Assembly: GCA_902798815.1 (NCBI GenBank)
Contig: CADBYH010000005.1
Coordinates: forward strand, 1-63,648
Reading direction: 5' to 3'
Source of the DNA: an uncultured Erysipelotrichaceae bacterium
Lineage (GTDB): Bacteria > Bacillota_I > Bacilli_A > RF39 > UBA660
DNA length: 63,648 bases
Positions within the stretch are counted from its first letter, which is position 1; every line of letters begins with the position of its first letter. The position numbers and the translations under genes are program-made. Under the pieces are notes generated by a model that saw only the letters and a program-made list of their open reading frames with translations, made no database searches and was not told where the DNA came from. This document shows, piece after piece, positions 7,954-18,991 of this stretch.

Positions 7954-9954
7954 CTATGATTCTTTAAGTGAAATAGAATTAATCAATTTGATTTTTAATT
8001 CATCATTATCAGTATCTTTATTTAACAAATACTCTTTTGAATCTTTTTTTGCTTGTAATAGGATTTTATAATCATTCTTAATTGATGCAATCTTAAAACT
8101 CATATCTCCGGATTGTTTTGTTCCAAATAAATCACCATGTCCTCTTAATTTAAAGTCCTCTTCAGATATTACAAAACCATCGTCTTCTTTCTCCATTATC
8201 TTAAGTCTTTCTGTATCACTATCACTTATTAAGATACATTGACTCTTTGAAGTTCCTCTTCCTACTCTTCCTCTTAACTGATGAAGTGTAGATAAACCAA
8301 ATCTATCAGCATCAAAAATAACCATTGTAGTTGCATTAGGAACATCTACTCCAACTTCCACAACAGTTGTGGAAATAAGTATTTGTACTTTATTATTTTT
8401 GAATTGATCCATAATAATATCTTTTGCACCACTTGACATCTTTCCATGAACAATATCAATTTTATATAAATCTTTAAAAGCTAAAATCATTTGTTCTTTT
8501 AATTCATTAACAGTAGTTAAATCACTATTTTCACTTTCTTCAATCAATGGAGCAATAACATACATTTGATGTCCTTTTTTTAATTCTTTATACATTATCT
8601 CAAGAACATCTTTTATTTCACTATTCTTCTTTACATATGTATCTATTTTTTGTCTTCCTTTTGGTCTTTCTTTAATTGTTGAAACATCCATATCTCCAAA
8701 AATAGTTAATGCATAAGTTCTTGGTATAGGTGTTGCACTCATATATAATACATCTGGTGTTAATCCTTTATTCTGAAGATTAGCTCTTTGATGAACACCA
8801 AATCTATGTTGTTCATCTGTTATAACCAATCCAAGATTGTTATAAACTACTTCATCTTGAATTAAAGCATGTGTTCCAATTACCATATTAATTGAACCAT
8901 CCTCTAATCCTTTATAAATACTTGTTTTATCCTTCTTAGAAGTAGATCCTGTAAGTAATGCAACTTTAACATCAGTCCCTTTTAAGAATTCAACCAAATT
9001 ATTATAATGCTGTGTAGCTAGAATTTCTGTAGGTGCCATCAAAGCACTTTGATATCCTGCCAAATAATTAGCATACATTCCTATAAAAGCTACTACAGTT
9101 TTTCCTGAACCAACATCACCTTGTAATAATCTATTCATCCTATGAGGAGCTTCTAAATCATTTAAAATCTCATCAACTGCTTTTAATTGATCATTAGTTA
9201 ATTTAAATGGAATATTTTTATATAACTCATTTAACTTATCTCTATCAATTACTCTATCTAAACCATTATTCTTTTTCTTATTTATTTGTTTTAAATAATT
9301 TATCTTAAACATAAATTCAAATAATTCTTCATATTTTAATCTTATAGTAACTTCTTTTAACTTTTCACTAGTACTAGGATTATGAATTACATTTAAAGAA
9401 GTTTTCTTATTTAAGAAGTTATATTTTTCTATGTATTCACTAGGTATATAATCAGGAATATCTCTACCATAAACTAATAAAGCCATATTTATATATGTAG
9501 ACATATTCTTATTAGTTAAACCACTTGTACAATGATAAACTGGTTCTATTTTTACTTTATTAGATAAAGCTTCCATCTTTATATCACTAGCTGTAATTAC
9601 ATTTTTTAATTTATCTAACTTACCAATTACAGTAACTGAACTACCAACTCTAAGTTGATTCTTTAAAAACGCTCTATTAAAAATTGAGACACCTACTATT
9701 CCAGAATGAGTAACAAGTCTAAAATTCATTTTATTTAATCCTGCTTTAAATCTCATTAAAATAGGTACACTTTCAACTTTTCCGTCAATAACAATTTTTT
9801 CACCATCACCTACTTTAGATAAATCATCTCTTTCAAGAACATCATATCTAAACGGATAATGAGTAACTAAATCTTCTATCGTATTAATTCCAATCTTATT
9901 TAATAAAGAAAGAGATTTAGGTCCTATACCTTTAACGTCTTTTAATTCAGCCAC
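7954..9954 (-). CDS. recG: ATP-dependent DNA helicase RecG
   Basis: RLLQGDVGSGKT, DEQHRFG, MSATPIPRT, LHQLRGRVGRG; GTG start 9954 behind AGAAGGAAG. Confidence 0.97.
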   Translation of the reverse strand: MAELKDVKGIGPKSLSLLNKIGINTIEDLVTHYPFRYDVLERDDLSKVGDGEKIVIDGKVESVPILMRFKAGLNKMNFRLVTHSGIVGVSIFNRAFLKNQLRVGSSVTVIGKLDKLKNVITASDIKMEALSNKVKIEPVYHCTSGLTNKNMSTYINMALLVYGRDIPDYIPSEYIEKYNFLNKKTSLNVIHNPSTSEKLKEVTIRLKYEELFEFMFKINYLKQINKKKNNGLDRVIDRDKLNELYKNIPFKLTNDQLKAVDEILNDLEAPHRMNRLLQGDVGSGKTVVAFIGMYANYLAGYQSALMAPTEILATQHYNNLVEFLKGTDVKVALLTGSTSKKDKTSIYKGLEDGSINMVIGTHALIQDEVVYNNLGLVITDEQHRFGVHQRANLQNKGLTPDVLYMSATPIPRTYALTIFGDMDVSTIKERPKGRQKIDTYVKKNSEIKDVLEIMYKELKKGHQMYVIAPLIEESENSDLTTVNELKEQMILAFKDLYKIDIVHGKMSSGAKDIIMDQFKNNKVQILISTTVVEVGVDVPNATTMVIFDADRFGLSTLHQLRGRVGRGTSKSQCILISDSDTERLKIMEKEDDGFVISEEDFKLRGHGDLFGTKQSGDMSFKIASIKNDYKILLQAKKDSKEYLLNKDTDNDELKIKLINSISLKES

Positions 9955-10116
9955 ATAACCACTTCCTTCTTGGCATATTATAACATATTTAGTATCATTT
10001 TTAAAGAAAAACACACTTGCTATAAATATTATTTATATATCAACACAACCATTATAAATCAATGTTTTGACATAGTATCATTATTAAAAAAAAGTGCATT
10101 TTTTTTACAATTTTTG

Positions 10117-10145
10117 TTGACAAAACAATACTTTTCGATTAGTAT
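10117..10145 (+). promoter_or_regulatory. Sigma-A type promoter TTGACA-17-TAGTAT
   Basis: Points into a structured non-coding stretch; predicted +1 near 10151. Confidence 0.6.
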
Positions 10146-10150
10146 AAGAA

Positions 10151-10252
10151 GCACCAATTCGGAATTAGGCGAATTGGTCGCTAGTATCACACTAGCCAAC
10201 CCCTTTTTATTCTTTTTGGAGGTTGCCCTCAGGGGGTGCAACCTCTTAGTTT
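10151..10252 (+). ncRNA. Putative ~100-nt small RNA no. 2
   Basis: GC-rich against background; hairpins ACCAATTCG/CGAATTGGT and GCTAGT/ACTAGC, linker CAACCCC, hairpin GAGGTTGC/GCAACCTC; may extend to the terminator at 10258-10292. Confidence 0.6.
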
Positions 10253-10257
10253 GAAAC

Positions 10258-10292
10258 AAAAAAAAGAGATGCGGTCGAACATCTCTTTTTTT
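10258..10292. terminator. Bidirectional intrinsic terminator
   Basis: A-tract, GAGATG/CATCTC stem, T-tract between convergent units. Confidence 0.8.
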
Positions 10293-10774
10293 TAATTATT
10301 TTCTGTAAAATGAGTTAACAAGAACATAAAGAAGTATCCAAAGAAAAATGAAACTACAAGACAAAGTATATACAAAAGTAATGATTTAAACTTTCCTTGA
10401 GATATAAATACCGCAATTAATATTATCGCAATTGCAATACCCAATCTACTAAACCATACTGAAAAAATTGAAAGTATCTTCATAAAAGTACTGTTTTCAT
10501 CATTATACTCAACTTCATCATCATCAGATTCTACATCTACAAAAGTCTCTTTTTTATTTTTTGTTTCATATTTTGTTGTTTTAACTTCTTCTTCAGCAAA
10601 CTCTTCTTCATCGTCATTTACCTTAAAAAACTCTTCATACTCTTTTTCTTCGTCATATTCATCATCTAGTCTTTTTTCACCAGCGTCGTCTACAACTTCT
10701 TCAATTTCATAAGTATCATCATCTTCAATAAAATCATCTAAATCGATTTCAAAATTCTTTTTATTCCTTCTCAT
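10292..10774 (-). CDS. Hypothetical membrane protein, very acidic N-terminus and two C-terminal TM helices
   Basis: ORF composition; start set at ATG 10774 from RBS spacing. Confidence 0.75.
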   Translation of the reverse strand: MRRNKKNFEIDLDDFIEDDDTYEIEEVVDDAGEKRLDDEYDEEKEYEEFFKVNDDEEEFAEEEVKTTKYETKNKKETFVDVESDDDEVEYNDENSTFMKILSIFSVWFSRLGIAIAIILIAVFISQGKFKSLLLYILCLVVSFFFGYFFMFLLTHFTENN

Positions 10775-10855
10775 AACTACAACCACCCATCAATTTGCTG
10801 GTATTATAACATATTTATCAAAAAAATGCAAAAAAAACTGAAAATTTCAGTTTTT

Positions 10856-13800
10856 TTATTCTTCTTCTTTATCAACTAAAGACTGATAGAAATCATATGT
10901 TTCCATTGCATCTTCTTTATTTTTATCAAGTAGTTTTCCACCATTTTTGTTAATATTCTTTAGTGATCTATATCTATCCTCACCTAACGTAAACTCTTCA
11001 TATAATGAGAAATCAGCTTTACTATCTAACTTAAATTCTTTACTCTCTGGATTATAATGGAAGATTGGGAAGTAACCAGATTCAGTTGCTTTCTTTTCTT
11101 CATTAATAGAATTTTTCATTCCTTTAATTATTCCTTGAGCAATACATGGAGCATAAGCAATAATTATACTTGGTCCATTATAAGCTTCTGCTTCTTTCAT
11201 TACCTTAATAGCTTGCATTGGATTTGCTCCTAGTGAAATTGTTCCAACATATACATGTGGATAACTCATGGCTATCTTTGCTAAATTCTTTTTAGATGTT
11301 TCTTTTCCACCTGCAGCAAATTTCGCAACAGCTCCACTTCTTGTAGACTTAGATGCTTGACCACCAGTATTAGAATATACTTCAGTATCAAGAACTAAAA
11401 TATTAATATTTTCACGATTAGCTAAAACATGATCGATTCCATTATATCCAATATCATATGCCCAACCATCTCCACCAATCATCCATACTGATTTTGGTAA
11501 AACAAATTCCTTAAGTTTTAATAAACCTTCTATTTTTGTATCATCTATTATATCAAGAAGTGCTTTTCCATTTTCTTCATTCTGTTCATTACAATATGCT
11601 GTATATATATCTTTTTCACTCTTCTTAACTTTATCTAAATTTTTATTAATAATTGATACAATTTGATTTTTCATTGCTAGATCAGCAACTTTCATACCAA
11701 ATCCAAACTCTGCATTATCTTCAAATAATGAATTTGCCCATGGAATTGAATATGGCATTGATGGAGTACTAGCTCCATAAATTGATGAACATCCAGTTGC
11801 ATTAGCAACAATCATTCTATCTCCAAATAATTGAGTAAGTAACTTGATATATGGTGTTTCTCCACAACCTGCACACGCACCTGGGAATTCAAATTTTGGC
11901 TGTACAAACTGACTTCCCTTAATAGTATTTATAGGCATTACATTTTTCTTATTCTTTACATCATTAAATAAGTACTTATACTCTTCATCTTTTTGATCTT
12001 CATGCAATTCATTTTTCATTTTCATTACAAGAGCCTTAGCACCTTTCTTACCAGGACATACCTCACTACATAAACCACATCCCGTACAATCAGGTAAACT
12101 AACTCCTACAGTAAATTTATAATCTTTATCTTTTATATTTGCATCTTTTAAGTTTCTTACTACACTCTCTGGTGCATCCATAACTTCCTTCTCATCAAGT
12201 AAGAATGGTCTTATAACACCATGAGGACATACTAAACTACACATATTACATTGACTACAATTCTCTGAACAATAACTAGGTGCTACATCACTACTATCTC
12301 TCTTATCTAATTTAGAGGTTCCTGCTTCAAATTCTCCATTAGGCATTTTAATAAAACTACTAACAGGTAATGAATCACCTTCCATAGAATCAATTATTTC
12401 AAAGAAACTCTTCTTAGTACCAAGATCCTTAGTAAAATCAACATTAGGTACCTTAACAGGAACCAAACATTCTAAAGAATTATCAATTGCTTTAATATTC
12501 TTTTCTACTATTGATCCACCTTTATTAGCAAATTTAACAGATAAATTTTCTTTTATCTTAGCAACTGCAAAATTAAAATCAATAATCTTTCCTAATTTGA
12601 ATATAATAGTTTCCATTATAGTGCTAATCTTACCAGGAAGACCTGCTTCTTTCGCAATACGAGAAGCATTTACTATAAACATTTTAATACTTTTATTTTT
12701 TAATATTTCCTTATCATGACTACTCATAATTGCAAGTACTTCATCAGGACTTAAACTTGTATTAAGAATAAATACACCTTTATCCTTAATTTTATCTAAC
12801 ATTCTTAATCTTTTTAAATAACTATCTTTTGTACATACTACTATACTTGCTCTTTGAACATAATAAGTAGAAGAAATTGCATTCTTACCAAATCTCAAAT
12901 GAGATATAGTAATTCCACCACTTTTCTTAGAATCATATTGATAATATCCTTGTACAAAAGCATTAGTATAAGTACCTGTTATCTTCATGATATCTTTTGA
13001 AGCAGATACCATACCATCACTACCATATCCATATATTAAGAATTCAACATTCTTATTTGGAATCATAAAGTCCTCATTATAACTAATACTTAAGTTAGTT
13101 ACATCATCATTTATACCTACAGTAAAGTTTGAATGAACTTCTCTTGTATCAAGGAAATCAAATACACCCTTAATCATTGCTGGAGTAGTATTTTTACTAG
13201 ATAATCCATATCTACCACCATATACACTTACTCTAGCATCTACTTCCTTAATTGTTTTAACAACATCTAAGTATAGTGGTTCTCCATTACTTCCTGCTTC
13301 TTTAGTTCTATCAAGAACTGCTATCTTTTTAACAGTTTTTGGTAATTCTCTTAAAAAATACTTAGTACTAAAAGGTCTGTATAAATGAACTTCTATTAAA
13401 CCTACTGGTTCATGTTTTTCTTTTGATAAATATTCTACTGTTTCTTTTATTGTTTCACAAACTGATCCCATCGCAACAATAACTTTAGTTGCTGAAGGAT
13501 TTCCATAATAATTAAATGGTTTATAATCTTTTCCAGTTATCTTATTAATTTCCATCATATATTTATTTACAATATCTGGAATTGCATCATAATATTTATT
13601 TCTAACTTCCACTGATTGGAAATAAATATCTTCATTTTGAGCAGTACCTCTAATACTAGGTTTATTAGGATTCATTGCTCTATCCCTAAAATCAGCTAAT
13701 GCTTTCTCATCAATCAATTTTTTTAATTTATCTGTATCAATTACACTAACTTTTTGTAATTCATGACTTGTTCTAAATCCGTCAAAAAAGTTAATAAATG

Positions 13801-14287
13801 GAACGCTTCCTTTAATTGCACTTAAATGAGCAACTCCTGTTAAATCCATAACTTGTTGAACAGAACTTTCGGCAAGCATTGCAAACCCAGTTGAACGACA
13901 TGCATAAACATCTTGATGATCTCCAAAAATACTTAACGCATGAGTAGCTAAACTACGTGCTGCAACATTAATAACACAAGGAAGTAATTCACCTGCTATT
14001 TTATACATATTAGGAATCATCAACAACAATCCCTGACTAGCAGTATAAGTAGTAGTTAGTGCACCTGCTTGTAAAGAACCATGCACCATACCTGCAGCTC
14101 CAGCTTCACTCTCCATTTCAACAACCTTAACCGGTGTATCAAAATAATTAAGTTTCCCCTCACTACTCCATTTATCAGTAAACTCTGCCATAGGAGAAGC
14201 TGGGGTAATTGGATAAATACCTGCTACTTCAGTAAAATTATAAGAAACATGAGCAGCAGCTTCGTTACCATCCATTATTTTCATCAT
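10856..14287 (-). CDS. nifJ: Pyruvate:ferredoxin (flavodoxin) oxidoreductase
   Basis: YPITP, two CxxCxxCxxxCP ferredoxin motifs, ACAGCGE, GGDGWAYDIG TPP motif. Confidence 0.96.
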   Translation of the reverse strand: MMKIMDGNEAAAHVSYNFTEVAGIYPITPASPMAEFTDKWSSEGKLNYFDTPVKVVEMESEAGAAGMVHGSLQAGALTTTYTASQGLLLMIPNMYKIAGELLPCVINVAARSLATHALSIFGDHQDVYACRSTGFAMLAESSVQQVMDLTGVAHLSAIKGSVPFINFFDGFRTSHELQKVSVIDTDKLKKLIDEKALADFRDRAMNPNKPSIRGTAQNEDIYFQSVEVRNKYYDAIPDIVNKYMMEINKITGKDYKPFNYYGNPSATKVIVAMGSVCETIKETVEYLSKEKHEPVGLIEVHLYRPFSTKYFLRELPKTVKKIAVLDRTKEAGSNGEPLYLDVVKTIKEVDARVSVYGGRYGLSSKNTTPAMIKGVFDFLDTREVHSNFTVGINDDVTNLSISYNEDFMIPNKNVEFLIYGYGSDGMVSASKDIMKITGTYTNAFVQGYYQYDSKKSGGITISHLRFGKNAISSTYYVQRASIVVCTKDSYLKRLRMLDKIKDKGVFILNTSLSPDEVLAIMSSHDKEILKNKSIKMFIVNASRIAKEAGLPGKISTIMETIIFKLGKIIDFNFAVAKIKENLSVKFANKGGSIVEKNIKAIDNSLECLVPVKVPNVDFTKDLGTKKSFFEIIDSMEGDSLPVSSFIKMPNGEFEAGTSKLDKRDSSDVAPSYCSENCSQCNMCSLVCPHGVIRPFLLDEKEVMDAPESVVRNLKDANIKDKDYKFTVGVSLPDCTGCGLCSEVCPGKKGAKALVMKMKNELHEDQKDEEYKYLFNDVKNKKNVMPINTIKGSQFVQPKFEFPGACAGCGETPYIKLLTQLFGDRMIVANATGCSSIYGASTPSMPYSIPWANSLFEDNAEFGFGMKVADLAMKNQIVSIINKNLDKVKKSEKDIYTAYCNEQNEENGKALLDIIDDTKIEGLLKLKEFVLPKSVWMIGGDGWAYDIGYNGIDHVLANRENINILVLDTEVYSNTGGQASKSTRSGAVAKFAAGGKETSKKNLAKIAMSYPHVYVGTISLGANPMQAIKVMKEAEAYNGPSIIIAYAPCIAQGIIKGMKNSINEEKKATESGYFPIFHYNPESKEFKLDSKADFSLYEEFTLGEDRYRSLKNINKNGGKLLDKNKEDAMETYDFYQSLVDKEEE

Positions 14288-14416
14288 ACTATCAACCTCG
14301 CTATCATATCAATTATACCACAAAAATAATACAAATAAACAACAATCATTAAAGAAAATATTAAATATAAATGAATATGTAAACAAAAAAAGTAACTTTG
14401 TTATAAAAGTTACTTT

Positions 14417-15496
14417 TTACTTATAATTATTCTTATCAGGTAATGCAGCAGCCTTTCCTTGTCTATTAGTTACAATCCATGCATTAGAAACTGTTCTTCC
14501 TCCATATTCAGCTCCTGCACTAGGTCTATTCCATAATTTTCCACCAATACTCATTGTACATGATGCTCCACCATCTAAGTTTGCTGCATTATATGCTTTA
14601 TACCTCAACAATATTTCAATTACATCATTCATTGTTGCACCTGTTGAATAACCTGGAAGTCTTCCTTCAATACTTAATAATAAAACTACACCATCTTTTC
14701 TCTGAGCAATAACACTTCTAGGAGCTGTTCCCCATCCACCATCTCCGTGGATTTTAGATGTATTTCCATTTACTATTAAGAAAGGTCCAAAATCAACTGC
14801 ATCCATCATTCCATCTGCAATAGCTTCATCAGGCGATTTATCAGTTAAATACATTTTATGTTCTTTAGTAAATCCAATCAATCCTCCAGAACCTCCAGCA
14901 TGATTCCAAATTAATTCACCATTTTTAATAATTGCTCCATACGGAATAGAACCATTACCCCATCCATCCAGATCTTCAAAACCTCCTCCATTAATACCTA
15001 ATAAACCATCATTTTCCTTAACTAAAGTATTAACAGATTGCCCAGCTTTACCTAATTTACTACTTACAGCTAGTTCAACATCACTCGGATCATAAACAGC
15101 AGTAAGCCAGCCTTTATATTTACCTTCATTTAATCTAATAAGCTTAAAAATATCATTACCAGGATCTTTTGTAAATAATTCTTTCTCATACTTACTAGTA
15201 TATCTTTTTGTAAACATATTAGTATTATTAATAACAATATCGTCTAGATTTACATCTTCAGTATTTAATTCAATATAATTTTCACTCATTATTTTATCAA
15301 CTGTTTTTTCACTATATAAAGTATAAGCTAAATATTTATGAGACATTGTAGTCATAGCAGTAGGAATCCAAAAAGTTTTAAATTTTTCTAAATTGATCAC
15401 TACAAGCCCAGCAATAAATCCCAAATCCATCAAAACAATAAAAATTGTAAATAAACTAATTTTTAATTTTACTTTCTTTTTTACTTTCTTCTTCAT
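14417..15496 (-). CDS. Phosphodiester glycosidase (NAGPA/EpsL-like) family protein
   Basis: INGGGF, FGPFLIVNG, APRSVIAQ, AANLDGGAS; N-terminal TM. Confidence 0.85.
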   Translation of the reverse strand: MKKKVKKKVKLKISLFTIFIVLMDLGFIAGLVVINLEKFKTFWIPTAMTTMSHKYLAYTLYSEKTVDKIMSENYIELNTEDVNLDDIVINNTNMFTKRYTSKYEKELFTKDPGNDIFKLIRLNEGKYKGWLTAVYDPSDVELAVSSKLGKAGQSVNTLVKENDGLLGINGGGFEDLDGWGNGSIPYGAIIKNGELIWNHAGGSGGLIGFTKEHKMYLTDKSPDEAIADGMMDAVDFGPFLIVNGNTSKIHGDGGWGTAPRSVIAQRKDGVVLLLSIEGRLPGYSTGATMNDVIEILLRYKAYNAANLDGGASCTMSIGGKLWNRPSAGAEYGGRTVSNAWIVTNRQGKAAALPDKNNYK

Positions 15497-15500
15497 GTAA

Positions 15501-16898
15501 CTACCCCATATATGGATTATCCATTCTTCCATTACCACTTTTTATCGATTTAGAATCAATTGAAATTACAGGAACAATATGTTTTTGTTCTGTAATATCA
15601 GATTCTTCTAAAATACCATTTCCATAAGAAACATATTGAATATTTCCAATAGAAGAAGTAACATTATTTCTAAAAAAATCACTTAATTCATTATTAGATA
15701 CATAATCAAATATATTAAGCATACTTATAGGTCCATCAAAACCATTTGAATATATATTTAAATACCTGTGTCCAACTTCATCACTAACTTCACCTAATGG
15801 ATAATTATTATTAACAATAATATCTTTATAACTAAGATTATTATAGTATTCATTTAATAGATATTGAGCAATATTTCCTCTAGTTGAATAATCAAACATA
15901 TTTCCTTTATTACTATAAGGTTTAACTACTTCAGCACCTCCTATAGTAATATAACCATTAAGATACATCTTAAGTATTCCATTATTTTCACTCATTACTT
16001 TCCACATATCATCCCCAAGTTTAACATAACTATCAACATAATTAGTATCTTCACCTTGATCAATCATATAAGGATTACTCTCAGTACCATCACCTTGTGT
16101 TACCATTACCTTTTTTCTTAATGTGATAACTGCTCTTACACCATATCCATCTAGTTTATCACATGTCATTATACTTCCATCTTCTTCAACATAAATATTT
16201 TCATTATCTGAATTAAATCCTAATAAATAGTACATTTTTCCATTATTTAAGAATCCACTTTTTCCACCAGACTTAATATAATCATCTAGTGTAAGAGAAA
16301 CAACATTATCACTATATTTTTCTTTTCCATAATCAATTGTTTTATCAGATAACTTATCTATTTTATAATTTGTCTTTTTTATAAATTTCTCTTGATTAGG
16401 AAGAGTATTATAATATAGACCAGTATGATCTTCTCCAGTATTTGTTAGCCATAATCTTATATTTGACTTCTCATAACTATCTTCTTCACCCCACATAAAA
16501 ATAGATACTAAATCATTACTAACTAATTTAACACTTTTATCTTCATCATCAACAGATAAAACTCTAAACATTCTATTTCCAAACCAAACATAATTATTTG
16601 TAATATTACCTTTAAAGTAATATCCTTCTTTTTCTTTATGAAAACCATCACCAGTTTTAACTAAAATATTATTATCCATAATAGAATCATATAAACTTAT
16701 AGAATTATTCTTTTTACCCTGATGTTGTAAACTATAATAATAAAAACATCTTCCACCATAATATAAAGCTACACTAAGTGCAAATACTAAACTAATAAAA
16801 TCAAAAATAAATTCTTTTTTACCCATTAAATGACTATTACTTTTTTTCTTTTTTTTAGTATCTTTAATGTCCTTTTTTTTATTATTTTCTTTTGCCAT
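15501..16898 (-). CDS. Membrane-anchored protein with two tandem DUF6273-like domains
   Basis: N-terminal TM; internal repeat (NYVWFG/SYVKLG, YGVRAVITL/HIVPVISI, GDGTESNPY/GNGRMDNPY). Confidence 0.55.
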   Translation of the reverse strand: MAKENNKKKDIKDTKKKKKSNSHLMGKKEFIFDFISLVFALSVALYYGGRCFYYYSLQHQGKKNNSISLYDSIMDNNILVKTGDGFHKEKEGYYFKGNITNNYVWFGNRMFRVLSVDDEDKSVKLVSNDLVSIFMWGEEDSYEKSNIRLWLTNTGEDHTGLYYNTLPNQEKFIKKTNYKIDKLSDKTIDYGKEKYSDNVVSLTLDDYIKSGGKSGFLNNGKMYYLLGFNSDNENIYVEEDGSIMTCDKLDGYGVRAVITLRKKVMVTQGDGTESNPYMIDQGEDTNYVDSYVKLGDDMWKVMSENNGILKMYLNGYITIGGAEVVKPYSNKGNMFDYSTRGNIAQYLLNEYYNNLSYKDIIVNNNYPLGEVSDEVGHRYLNIYSNGFDGPISMLNIFDYVSNNELSDFFRNNVTSSIGNIQYVSYGNGILEESDITEQKHIVPVISIDSKSIKSGNGRMDNPYMG

Positions 16899-16971
16899 AT
16901 TTACAACACTCCATCATATAGAATTATATCAAAAAAAAAGTGTAAGTACAACCCTTACACTTTCATATAAA

Positions 16972-17934
16972 CTACACTTTTCCTTTTATATAATTATAAA
17001 TTGAATTAGATGTATTACTATCATAATGAAGTCCATCAGTAGTGTTAAAACTTAAGTTACTATTAGTATCAATCCATCCAACAGTACTATTTAATCCTCT
17101 TTTTACAGTTGTATTAAAACTAGCAATACTACTATTCAAATTACTATAACTTCCATCACATGGGTTTACTGAAACAAAGTATAATGAACATCCATTTTTC
17201 TTCCATTCTCCAGCATTATCATTAATATAGGAAACATAATTATTTGAATTACTTAAATCATTTACACCCATTAGTATTACAATAGCATTTCCACTTGTAA
17301 AATAAGACTTTGCATTAGGTATACCTGTACTTTTTAACCAATTTAATCCCATACTTCCTTCAGCAACATAAACATCATTTTCTACTTCATGAACTCCTCC
17401 TTGTGAAAAATTAGCCGAAGTCCAATTACCAGATTTATATGCATACATTTGCACTGTTCTTGAATCACCTATAAAAACAGTTTTACCTGTGGATTTTACA
17501 TTACCATTACCTTGAGAATCTCCAGAATCTGAAGACGCTTTAGCCGTACCCCTTTCAAAATTATTAGGGGTATAATAAATATTTGATCTATTTCTACCTG
17601 GTTCTATTTCCATATATTCCGCATTCCCACTATTATTATATGTTCCATTCCAACAAGAACTAAACTCTGTACTATCTCCCAATATCCCGACAAGAACATT
17701 AATAACCATTGGAATAAAAAATACAATCGCTAAAGCAAGTAAACTATTTTTTATTCTCTTGACATATTTCTTTTCATCAGGATTTCTTACTATCATTACA
17801 AATGTATAAATTAAACTTAAAATAGCAAGAATTGGTCCAATTATCTGAATTAAACTAAGCATGTTTTTAACAACACTAAGAATACCACTTAGTGCCACAT
17901 TTTTACATGAAGTTGTTAAATCCAAAAATAACAT
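16972..17934 (-). CDS. SGNH/GDSL hydrolase with N-terminal two-TM (pilin-like) module
   Basis: FIGDSR, MGVND, DGLHY blocks; two TM helices flanked by Cys. Confidence 0.75.
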   Translation of the reverse strand: MLFLDLTTSCKNVALSGILSVVKNMLSLIQIIGPILAILSLIYTFVMIVRNPDEKKYVKRIKNSLLALAIVFFIPMVINVLVGILGDSTEFSSCWNGTYNNSGNAEYMEIEPGRNRSNIYYTPNNFERGTAKASSDSGDSQGNGNVKSTGKTVFIGDSRTVQMYAYKSGNWTSANFSQGGVHEVENDVYVAEGSMGLNWLKSTGIPNAKSYFTSGNAIVILMGVNDLSNSNNYVSYINDNAGEWKKNGCSLYFVSVNPCDGSYSNLNSSIASFNTTVKRGLNSTVGWIDTNSNLSFNTTDGLHYDSNTSNSIYNYIKGKV

Positions 17935-17947
17935 AATCATCCCTCAT

Positions 17948-18988
17948 TTATTTTACAATCCAAAATGTTGACATATCTCTTAAACCATTTGTTCCACCAG
18001 CAACTGGTGTATTAACAATTTCATTATTTATAACAAGTTCTGAAGAACTTCCTCCATCTAGATTTGCTGCGTTATATGCACCATAATTTTCCATTATATC
18101 GCATAAATCAACCATATCTGCACCTATACTACTAGCAATTCTTCCATTAATAACTAAGAATAATACTATACCATCTTGTCTTTGACCAATTGCACTTCTT
18201 GGAGCTATGCCCCATCCACCATTTCCTTTTATAAAACTTCTTTTTCCATTAACAATTAGATAAGGTCCAAACTCAATAGCATCTCTTAATCCCATAGAAA
18301 GCGCTTCATTTTTACTCATATTACCTAAAATTAATTTGTTATTCTTATCAAACCCAATAAATCCTCCTGCCATACCAGCATCTTTATAATCACTTACAAC
18401 TTTACCATTAGAAATAACTGTACCATGAGGAAGAGCACCATTACTATTCCAATCAGGATCATAAAAACCACCAGCATTCATAGCAACAAGCGCACCTTCT
18501 CTTTTACTTACAGTAAGAATTGATTCACCTCTTACACCTAAATGTGCTGTTGTCGCTACACTTACTCTTGACGGATCATATATTGCAACTAAAAAACCTT
18601 GATAACCCTTACCTGATACATTAACAAGTTTATATACTTGATCTTTATCATGTGTAAGAATTTCCTTTTCATATTCATTTTTATATATAGTAGATGTATA
18701 TTTACGAAAACGAATTTGATTAGGATCACTAATCTCATCAACCTCTATAATACTATTACTTTTTAAAACCTTCTGAATATATGCATCACTATATAACCAT
18801 GTTGCTAAATACTTATGATTCATTGTAGTCATAGCACTAGTAATCCAAAACTCTTTAAAACTATTTATTGGACCATAAAACAAAAATAAAAAAGAAGAAA
18901 ATAATACAATATATAAGATACATCCAATAACAATAATTTTTCTTTTTAATGACCACTTACAATTGTTATTATTCCCTTTCTTTTTCAT
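17948..18988 (-). CDS. Phosphodiester glycosidase (NAGPA/EpsL-like) family protein, paralog of 14417
   Basis: AMTTMNHKYLA, NAGGF, APRSAIGQ, AANLDGGSS. Confidence 0.85.
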   Translation of the reverse strand: MKKKGNNNNCKWSLKRKIIVIGCILYIVLFSSFLFLFYGPINSFKEFWITSAMTTMNHKYLATWLYSDAYIQKVLKSNSIIEVDEISDPNQIRFRKYTSTIYKNEYEKEILTHDKDQVYKLVNVSGKGYQGFLVAIYDPSRVSVATTAHLGVRGESILTVSKREGALVAMNAGGFYDPDWNSNGALPHGTVISNGKVVSDYKDAGMAGGFIGFDKNNKLILGNMSKNEALSMGLRDAIEFGPYLIVNGKRSFIKGNGGWGIAPRSAIGQRQDGIVLFLVINGRIASSIGADMVDLCDIMENYGAYNAANLDGGSSSELVINNEIVNTPVAGGTNGLRDMSTFWIVK

Positions 18989-18991
18989 ATA

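Noticed and set aside
9970-10259. ORFs 9970-10254 (+) and 10059-10259 (-)
   Set aside because: No convincing RBS or motifs; region better explained by promoters and a structured RNA
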